Below are positions 57,510 through 64,000 of a DNA stretch of 64,000 nt, one piece after another. Numbering within the stretch: the first letter of the stretch is position 1; every line of letters starts with the position of its first letter. Position numbers and translations under genes: made by a program. The stretch lies in assembly GCA_002497075.1 (NCBI GenBank), contig DAML01000015.1:110224-174223 (forward strand). The letters run 5' to 3'. The notes below the pieces were generated by a model, which saw only the letters and a list, made by a program, of their open reading frames with translations, was not told where the DNA came from and searched no databases. The stretch comes from Methanomassiliicoccaceae archaeon UBA472 (GTDB lineage Archaea; Thermoplasmatota; Thermoplasmata; Methanomassiliicoccales; UBA472).

Positions 57510-58325
57510 TCACTTCAGGAGCTGCATTGCCTCTTCGACTTCCATGTCCTCGAGCACGATGCCGCTGACGGCCTTGGTGATGCCGATCACGTTCCGGTGC
57601 TGGAATATGTTGCGGCCGATCGACACGCCCTTTCCGCCGGCGTCTATCGAGTCGCGCACCATCTGCAGCAGCTTCTCGTCGGAGTCCATCTTCGGACCGC
57701 CGGCTATCACCACGGGAGCCTGCGCTCCCCGGACGACCTCACGGAAGGTGTCGATGTCGCCGGTGTAGCTGGTCTTGATGATGTCGGCGCCGAGCTCCGT
57801 ACCGACACGGGCGCATACCTTGAGCGCGTCCGGGTCGTAGGCGTCCTTCATGTCCTTGCCTCTGGGATAGATCATCACCAGCAGCGGCATGCCCCACTCA
57901 TTGCAGATGCGGGAGATGCTTCCGAAGTCCTCCAGCATCTCGTTCTCGTACTCGTTTCCAATGTTGACGTGGATGGACACCGCGTCCGCCCCGATCTTGA
58001 GCGCCTCCTCGACCGTGGTCACCAGGATCTTCTGGTCGGTGCGCTTGCTGAACTTGGTGCTGGCGGAGAGGTGCACGATCAAACCGATGTCGCGCCCAAA
58101 GGACCGGTGGCTGTACGGGATTATTCCCTTGTGCAGCACCACCGCGGTAGCGCCTCCCTGCGCCACCTTGTCTATGGTCGACCTCATGTCAACTAATCCT
58201 TCGATGGGGCCCATGGTTATGCCGTGGTCCATGGGGACGATGACCGCCCTTCCGGTACCCCGGTCCATGATGCGCTCCATCCTTACGCTCTTGCCTAGCA
58301 CTTTTTCACCTTCCTGCCGTGTCAA
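57510..58325 (-). CDS. 2-amino-3,7-dideoxy-D-threo-hept-6-ulosonate (ADH) synthase, class I aldolase (DhnA) family
   Basis: 271 aa. It has VIVPMDHG, the Schiff-base lysine region ADIIKTSYTGD and GVSIGRNIFQ. It is the first gene of the aro string. Confidence 0.85.
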   Translation of the reverse strand: MTRQEGEKVLGKSVRMERIMDRGTGRAVIVPMDHGITMGPIEGLVDMRSTIDKVAQGGATAVVLHKGIIPYSHRSFGRDIGLIVHLSASTKFSKRTDQKILVTTVEEALKIGADAVSIHVNIGNEYENEMLEDFGSISRICNEWGMPLLVMIYPRGKDMKDAYDPDALKVCARVGTELGADIIKTSYTGDIDTFREVVRGAQAPVVIAGGPKMDSDEKLLQMVRDSIDAGGKGVSIGRNIFQHRNVIGITKAVSGIVLEDMEVEEAMQLLK

Positions 58326-58395
58326 TTAATAGCACGCATATAAGAGTTGCGTTCCATTACGATATGAAGGCCATCAGATATAAATCACTGGTAGC

Positions 58396-58875
58396 TCAGA
58401 ACCTCTCGTATCCCTCTAGCCTGTAGGCCAGGTAGCTTATGCCTACGCTCGCCAAGGCCAGGCCGAGGCCGATCCCCGGATCGCCGATGTCGAAGTATGG
58501 GTCGTTATGGTAGAGAAGATACTGGAAGACGATCTCCAACCCGAAGAACAGCAGCCCCCCGACCTGGGCGAGCATGCCGATGGGGTTGCGCAGATTGAGA
58601 ATCGTGCCGGTTATGAACAGCACCCCGCCGAGGACGAACAGCCAGGATGTGGTCATTAACGCTAATAACAAATTGATCCCGGTCCACCAAGGTACTATGG
58701 CCGACAGCAGGCCAATGATCGCCGAGGTCCAGATCATATCCTTGAAGTCGATGTGCTCGAGAAGCCAGAAATCCAGAGCTTCGCCGCGGTCGTCGTCCAG
58801 GCCTGCCCTGTACGCCTCTCCCTGGAGCCACAGGTCTTCTTCCCGTTGCATTCTCCTCTTCCCCCGTAAAAGCAA
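58396..58875 (-). CDS. Small integral membrane protein (about 4 TM), function unknown
   Basis: 159-aa ORF with four clear hydrophobic helices. The start is uncertain; ATG 58851 is an alternative. Confidence 0.5.
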   Translation of the reverse strand: MLLRGKRRMQREEDLWLQGEAYRAGLDDDRGEALDFWLLEHIDFKDMIWTSAIIGLLSAIVPWWTGINLLLALMTTSWLFVLGGVLFITGTILNLRNPIGMLAQVGGLLFFGLEIVFQYLLYHNDPYFDIGDPGIGLGLALASVGISYLAYRLEGYERF

Positions 58876-59003
58876 GTCGTATCCCGGCTTAAATCTTTCA
58901 CAACCAATTTAAAAAATGGAAATTTCTTCGTCATAAAATTACAGCAATGGACGAATCGGTCCATCAATGAATTTTTATATCCGGCACGGTGGTGGTCTTA
59001 CCG

Positions 59004-59504
59004 ATGTGGAAATCCCTGTCCAAGCATTTCGGAAAGTATCCGTCCCAGGCCAAGGTGGCCAAGCTTCTGTTGGTCCACGGTCTCAAGGTCCAGGAAGGCC
59101 GGGTGTACTGCGGGGATGTGGAGATCGCTGACATGGCCTTGGGCCGCGCCGCGGGCGTGGACCGCCGCATCGTGCGTTCGGCAATAGACACCATCCAGGA
59201 GAGCCCGGAGCTGAGCGCTGTCTACTCACGCCTAATACCTACCGCTCTCCTTACGGACGTCGCGCCGGTCATGGGCTGGACCGCTCTGGAGATAATTCCC
59301 ACCGACGCGGCCACCCCTGGTATCGTGGCCGAGGTTACCGGGCTCATCGCCCGGGAAGGGATATCGGTGCGGCAAACGGTGGTCAGCGATCCTGATCTTT
59401 CTCCGGATCCGCGTTTGTTCATAATAACCGCCGGGGCGGTGCCGCCGGAGCTTCTCCCGCAGATACGCGCCTGCAAGGGCGTCCGTTCCGTCGTCATCCA
59501 CTGA
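59004..59504 (+). CDS. ACT-domain regulator of amino-acid metabolism (COG2150-like)
   Basis: 166 aa from ATG 59004 (MWKSLSKHFGKYPSQAKVAKLLLVHGL...). It has an N-terminal HTH-like part and a C-terminal ACT-like part (LEIIPTDAATPGIVAEVTGLIAREGISVRQ). Confidence 0.65.
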   Translation: MWKSLSKHFGKYPSQAKVAKLLLVHGLKVQEGRVYCGDVEIADMALGRAAGVDRRIVRSAIDTIQESPELSAVYSRLIPTALLTDVAPVMGWTALEIIPTDAATPGIVAEVTGLIAREGISVRQTVVSDPDLSPDPRLFIITAGAVPPELLPQIRACKGVRSVVIH

Positions 59505-59508
59505 TACC

Positions 59509-60369
59509 ATGCCCGAGCAGCACCGGTTGGCGTACCCCGCGCTGTTCGTCGCCATACTGGCCGTCTCGTTCGCCTCGATATTCATCCGCTGGAGCGATGC
59601 CGATCCGTTGGTCATCGCCGGTTACCGCATGTTGTTCGCCTCGCTCATATTGGCGCCGTTCGCCTTTCACGAGCGTAAGGACGCAGTGCCGATGGACCGG
59701 CGGACCATCGGCTCCGTCGTTCTGACCGGAGTGGTGCTGGCGGTGCACTTCTTCGCCTTCATCTCCTCCCTGCGTTACACGTCCGTCGCCTCCAGCACCC
59801 TGCTGGTGAACTTCCATCCCCTGATAGTCGGAGCCGCTTCGGTCCTGATACTCAAGGAATCCTCGAAGAGGACCGTGGTCGGGGTGACCATCGGCTTCGT
59901 CGGCGTGGCGGTGATCGCCTTGACCGGCTTGGGCACCGGGGAGTCGTTCGGCAACGCCCTGGCGCTATTAGGCGGCGTGATGGCCGCCCTGTACATCCTG
60001 GCCGGAAGGATGCTTCGTAGAACGTTAGGCATATTCACCTACGCCTTCTCGGTCTATCTCACCGCGGCGGTGGTGCTTCTGGCGTCCGCGGTCATCAACG
60101 GCGTATCGCTGTGGCCTTACCCGACCGAGGAGCTGCTGATATTTTTGGCCTTGGCGGTGGTCTGCACGATATTCGGGCATACCATCTACAACTGGTCCTT
60201 GAAGTACCTCACGGCGCCGGTCATCAGCACCTCATTGCTCGGAGAGCCGATATTGGCCAGTTTGCTGGCATTAGTGCTTCTAGGGGAGGTTCCGCCTTGG
60301 ACCGTGGTTCTGGCCGCACCTCTGGTCCTGGTCGGCGTGGGTCTTACCGCATTGGACCGGAAGCGATGA
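59509..60369 (+). CDS. EamA/DMT-superfamily transporter
   Basis: 286 aa with 10 TM helices in two EamA repeats. Confidence 0.85.
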   Translation: MPEQHRLAYPALFVAILAVSFASIFIRWSDADPLVIAGYRMLFASLILAPFAFHERKDAVPMDRRTIGSVVLTGVVLAVHFFAFISSLRYTSVASSTLLVNFHPLIVGAASVLILKESSKRTVVGVTIGFVGVAVIALTGLGTGESFGNALALLGGVMAALYILAGRMLRRTLGIFTYAFSVYLTAAVVLLASAVINGVSLWPYPTEELLIFLALAVVCTIFGHTIYNWSLKYLTAPVISTSLLGEPILASLLALVLLGEVPPWTVVLAAPLVLVGVGLTALDRKR

Positions 60370-60501
60370 GGAGTAAACGTGATCAATCAAATTCCAGAGG
60401 TTACGCTTAAGACAGTGCCGTCATTTCCATCGGTCATAAAGGAGGTCGAAGAGCATCATATCTCCACAAAGGGTGCTTTTTACATCCTTTGCTTAAATAA
60501 T

Positions 60502-60553
60502 TGTAAAGTATAATTGTATAGAAAACCTATTAAACAGTAAATCATACTTTACA
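60502..60553. promoter_or_regulatory. 10-bp perfect inverted repeat (TGTAAAGTAT / ATACTTTACA) in the AT-rich leader of the ATPase gene
   Basis: The arms are at 60502-60511 and 60544-60553 with a 32-nt AT-rich spacer. The repeat ends 3 nt before ATG 60557. Confidence 0.45.
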
Positions 60554-60556
60554 CTG

Positions 60557-62002
60557 ATGTTGACCAAGGAAGAGCTGCTCTCAGGTTACATCATTGATGC
60601 TATAGGCAGAGCCGATGACCGGTTGGGGCAGAAGGTCTTCGAGCGCTCCGGAGGACGGCTGGAGCAGAGGGACGACCTGGCCCGGATCTTCTTGTTCATT
60701 GACAACTTCAGGTCCGGAAGACGTCAGGTGAGATGGCTTGTTCTCCCCGGTCTCAGGGGAGTTGGCAAGACGACCATGCTGGCCCAGACATTCGACCGCC
60801 TGAAGGGGTTAGGAGTGCCGGTCGAAGATATGCTCTATCTCAGTCTGGACGATCTGCAGCTCAGGCTCGGAGCTTCCTTGAACGATGCGCTCACGGCATA
60901 CGAAGGGATCGTCGGTACAGCATTCGAATCGCTCAGAAAGGACGTTTATATCTTCATCGACGAGGCGCATTTCGATCCATCATGGCCGCTGGCCGTGAAG
61001 AGCCTCTATGACCGGACGGAGAACGTGTTCGTTATGGTCACTGGTTCCTCAGCCCTGGCCCTCAGCGGCAATGCGGACACCGCCCGTAGGGCCTTGGAGC
61101 TAAACGTTCTTCCTCTCTCGTACCGAGAGTTCCTCAAGTTGGAGAAGATCACGGACGTACCGCGGGAACTTTCCCACAAACTTGGTCATCTGCTCTATTC
61201 GTCGCCAGATTATGAAACGCTCAAAAAAGAATTAACCGGGATCGAGGCCTCATTATCGGCGGTGGAGGCCCGCATCAAACCTAATTCTCTGGAAAGGTAC
61301 CTGCGAAACGGATCATTACCATACGTTCTCGGGATAGAGGGTGAGGCCACAGCAATGTCCCTGATCTCCTCCACCGTGGACAGGGTGCTGGAGCGGGACC
61401 TGCTGGCCCAACGCCAGCTGGACCGTCAGACGCTGATCAAGGCGTCCAACCTCCTGAGCTACCTGGCCTTCGGCGACCGGTTGAGCCAGCAATCCCTTTC
61501 CACCAACCTGAGCATCAACCGGGTGACGTTGTCTGCGATCCTAGACGGACTGGAGAGGGCGGACGTGATACATCGGGTGATGCCGTTCGGACCGGAATCC
61601 ACCCGTTTGAGGCGAACGCCGCTCTATCGTTTCACATCCCCGGCCATGCGCGCCGCGGTGCTTGCTCAGATCGGCCGGTTGGGAAGGGACAATGCCGATC
61701 ACGGTCTGCTTTTCGAGGACGCGACCGTCCTGGCCATGCGCAAGGCCCATTTGGATGGATATATTCGTCGCTTCGATTTCGATCCGCAGGCGTCCGGCGC
61801 TGATTTTGTCATTACCAGAGGGGATGGTTCCAGGGTGGTCCTGGAGGTGGGATTCGGAAGAAAGGGCAGCAAACAGGCTGTATCGACCATGAAGGACGTT
61901 GAGGCGACATATGGTCTGTCCGTAGGAAAAGGCTCTCTCCGATTCAACGACGAAGAGAGAGTGGCCATGGTCCCCAGGGAATGGCTGCTGCTCTCGTGCT
62001 GA
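60557..62002 (+). CDS. AAA+ ATPase of the AAA_14/DUF4143 (COG1373) type with a C-terminal restriction-endonuclease-like region
   Basis: 481 aa. It has Walker A PGLRGVGKTT and Walker B IFIDEAH. The C-terminal GADFVITRGDGSRVVLEVGFGRKG resembles a PD-(D/E)xK core. Confidence 0.7.
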   Translation: MLTKEELLSGYIIDAIGRADDRLGQKVFERSGGRLEQRDDLARIFLFIDNFRSGRRQVRWLVLPGLRGVGKTTMLAQTFDRLKGLGVPVEDMLYLSLDDLQLRLGASLNDALTAYEGIVGTAFESLRKDVYIFIDEAHFDPSWPLAVKSLYDRTENVFVMVTGSSALALSGNADTARRALELNVLPLSYREFLKLEKITDVPRELSHKLGHLLYSSPDYETLKKELTGIEASLSAVEARIKPNSLERYLRNGSLPYVLGIEGEATAMSLISSTVDRVLERDLLAQRQLDRQTLIKASNLLSYLAFGDRLSQQSLSTNLSINRVTLSAILDGLERADVIHRVMPFGPESTRLRRTPLYRFTSPAMRAAVLAQIGRLGRDNADHGLLFEDATVLAMRKAHLDGYIRRFDFDPQASGADFVITRGDGSRVVLEVGFGRKGSKQAVSTMKDVEATYGLSVGKGSLRFNDEERVAMVPREWLLLSC

Positions 62003-62055
62003 GAGGATCAGACCGTCCGGTTAATGTGAAAAAGATGGATGAAAAAGGTTTTGTC

Positions 62056-64000
62056 CTACTTCTTGCGGAGCACCAGCACGACCGCCACGATGGCGATCAG
62101 CAGACCGACGGCGCCGAGCGCCAAGGCGATCATAGGCAGCGGTCCGATCTCGGCCTCGCCGGCTATTATGGCTAACGGGACCCCGGACACTGGGGCGTCA
62201 GCGAGCGGTCCCTCGCCGGCGGCGTTGACGGCGGTAACCCAGTAGTCGTACTCCACTCCAGCTTCCACCGAACCGTCCACGAAGGTGTCCGTGCCCGCGG
62301 GAACGGTGGCTATGAGCTGCCGGTCGCCCGTTTCCCCGCGCCTGTAGATCCGGTACTCGGTGACGGACGAGCTGCCCTCGTCAGGCACGTCCCAGTTCAG
62401 GGTTATGCGGCCTTGTCCCTCATCCACGTCCACATCCACCTCGCCTGGCACGGCCAGAACGATCAGGGTCGCGCTGAGCATCCGCGACGGCTCGCTCTCT
62501 CCCCACTGGTTCAGGGCGGACACCCAGTAGTAGTACGTGGTTCCGTAAACGACCGTACCGTCCACGTAGGTGGTCGTCCCGGCGGGAACGGAGACCAGGA
62601 GCTGCGCCGACAACGCGCTCGTTCCGCGGTACACGTTGTAGCCGCTGATCGGCCCGTCGCCGGTATCGCTCGGAACGTTCCACAGGAGCGATATGCTGGT
62701 ATTGCCGCCGGTGGCCGAGCTCAGGTACGGTTCCGCTGGAACGTCGACGCTGGGCGAGGGCTGCGTGGTCGTGCGTAGAACAATGGTGTTGGACGGAGAG
62801 CCTTCGCCGAAGGCGTTGAGCGCCGTGACCATGTAGGTGTAGTTCACCCCGGTCAGAACCGAGGTGTCTATGTATCCCGTCCCGATCAGCGAGGCCAGCA
62901 GTACGGTGGTTCCGGTCCCGGGCGTGCGGTACAGCCGGTAGCCGATGATCGCCGAACCTCCGTTCTCCGGAACGGACCAGCCCAGGGTTATGCGGTCCAC
63001 TGCCACTTGCCCGTTCAGGGTGGGCGCCTCGGGCGCCTTGCCCGGCATCGCGTCCACGGAAGCGTTCTCTCCGGTCGAGGTACCTATGAAGCATTGCACC
63101 CGGTAGGTGTACGTTTCTCCATTGACCAGCCCGGTATCGGTATATGTCGAGCCAGGCTGCGCCACCAGGAACGTGAAGTTGCCGCCGTCGCTACGGAACA
63201 CCCGGAAGCCGTCCACGTCAAAAGAGGCCATGGGGTCCCAGGTTAGCGTCACCGTCCCATTGCCGACCGTGGCCAGCAGGTAGGCCGGAGCAGGCAAACC
63301 CTCCACGTCGATATCCTCCGGGGTTGCGTTCACCCTAATGGATTCAGGACCGGCGCCGTAGGCGTTCATCGCCACTATCCAATATTCGTGCAGTAGGCCG
63401 CCTACCACGTCATGGTCGGTAAAGGTCATCGCGCTGACCGTGGCCAGCATCGTGACCGTCCCGTTCAGTTCCCGGAAGACGCGGTATCCCAGAACGGCAG
63501 AACCGCCGTCATCCGCCGGGGCGTCCCAGTTCAGGGTGATGACGGCCTCTCCTTCGATCAGGGTCAGGTTCTGCACCGCTCCTGGAACGGTTCCCGGGGT
63601 GGCCTGGAACGCGTCGCTCATTTCCCCGATCCCGTATTCGTTGGAGGAGCGCAGGGCGTAGAACATACCGTTCGTGCCGGAAACGTCCAGGTACTCGCGC
63701 ACGTCGCCGTCGATGATGGCGATGAGCGCTAACGAATCAGGCGCCTCTCCGCGGTACACCAGGAATTCGTCCGGAACGGTGGAGCTCTCCGGAACATGCC
63801 AGACGATGACCACTCCGCTCGCTTCCTGCACGGCGGAGTCTATCACCGGCGCTTCCGGCGGCACCAGGGGCAGGGTTATGCTCGCCTCATCGGAAGGTGA
63901 ACCTTCGCCGTTGGCGGAGACCGCGGTCACCCGGTAGCGATACTCAACGCCAGGGGTGGCGGTGGTGTCCAGATGGCCCAGTGAATCCGGGTCAACTAGA
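62056..64000 (-). CDS. Large cell-surface protein with at least 7 fibronectin type III-like repeats and a C-terminal TM anchor; N-terminus lies outside the window
   Basis: The reading frame stays open past the ORF-track start (63930) to the window end. It has the recurrent FN3 hallmark Y-x-Y-x-V-x-A-x-N-x-x-G-E-G-x-x-S (YRYRVTAVSANGEGSPS, YTYMVTALNAFGEGSPS, YDYWVTAVNAAGEGPLA ...). The C-terminus is LPMIALALGAVGLLIAIVAVVLVLRKK. Confidence 0.8.
   Translation of the reverse strand, partial: LVDPDSLGHLDTTATPGVEYRYRVTAVSANGEGSPSDEASITLPLVPPEAPVIDSAVQEASGVVIVWHVPESSTVPDEFLVYRGEAPDSLALIAIIDGDVREYLDVSGTNGMFYALRSSNEYGIGEMSDAFQATPGTVPGAVQNLTLIEGEAVITLNWDAPADDGGSAVLGYRVFRELNGTVTMLATVSAMTFTDHDVVGGLLHEYWIVAMNAYGAGPESIRVNATPEDIDVEGLPAPAYLLATVGNGTVTLTWDPMASFDVDGFRVFRSDGGNFTFLVAQPGSTYTDTGLVNGETYTYRVQCFIGTSTGENASVDAMPGKAPEAPTLNGQVAVDRITLGWSVPENGGSAIIGYRLYRTPGTGTTVLLASLIGTGYIDTSVLTGVNYTYMVTALNAFGEGSPSNTIVLRTTTQPSPSVDVPAEPYLSSATGGNTSISLLWNVPSDTGDGPISGYNVYRGTSALSAQLLVSVPAGTTTYVDGTVVYGTTYYYWVSALNQWGESEPSRMLSATLIVLAVPGEVDVDVDEGQGRITLNWDVPDEGSSSVTEYRIYRRGETGDRQLIATVPAGTDTFVDGSVEAGVEYDYWVTAVNAAGEGPLADAPVSGVPLAIIAGEAEIGPLPMIALALGAVGLLIAIVAVVLVLRKK

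Noticed and set aside
62056-64000. Periodic ~270-nt repetition as a CRISPR or satellite array
   Set aside because: The repeats are long, divergent at the DNA level and in one continuous open reading frame encoding FN3-like domains. There is no short direct repeat and spacer structure.

Overview
This is a GC-rich, densely coding archaeal chromosome segment with about 68 supportable protein genes. I saw no rRNA, tRNA, CRISPR array, transposase or integrase. The archaeal assignment rests on gene content: HerA plus Mre11-Rad50, diphthine synthase, a Trm5/Taw2-type methyltransferase, the archaeal ADH-type entry to the shikimate pathway with a GHMP shikimate kinase, CobY/CbiZ/archaeal-type CobT, and COG1900 plus NIL-ferredoxin homocysteine genes. 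A Thermoplasmata or methanogen-related lineage is only my guess. Layout: (1) 1-8.0 kb holds a parvulin fragment, rad50-mre11, a cation/proton antiporter, herA and a divergent degenerate FtsZ-like gene. (2) 8-12.8 kb holds dphB, a Trm5-like gene, a dCTP deaminase/dUTPase, an output-less MEDS-PAS sensor and small genes. (3) 12.8-15.4 kb holds an ABC-2 exporter. (4) 15.4-16.0 kb is a visibly AT-richer islet with a PIN-like two-gene module. (5) Aconitase follows. (6) 18.7-32.4 kb is a corrinoid uptake, salvage and late cobalamin assembly locus: cobQ, a cobQ N-domain paralogue, btuFCD-like genes, cobD, cbiB, a cbiZ-cobZ fusion, cobS, cobY, archaeal cobT and an ApgM-like gene. (7) Next come a UDG-family gene, hypF, gcvH, bcp, mtnP and two flavin-reductase-like paralogues. 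(8) A ten-gene minus-strand string runs hisG-C-H-A-B-F-IE, a PHP phosphatase, aspartokinase and pheA. (9) An eleven-gene minus-strand string joins the archaeal shikimate pathway, asd and the sulfide-dependent homocysteine genes. (10) The window ends with an ACT regulator, an EamA transporter, an AAA_14/DUF4143-like ATPase and a large FN3-repeat surface protein that runs off the window. The most interesting signal is non-coding. A 17-bp palindrome (consensus TTGGATG-ATA-CATCCAA) occurs five times. By eye it is found only at the four promoters that drive the corrinoid genes. It lies where it would cover the predicted transcription start, so it is a candidate operator of an undescribed archaeal corrinoid regulon. 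Many long ORFs in the six-frame track are antisense or shadow frames typical of GC-rich DNA, and I did not call them.
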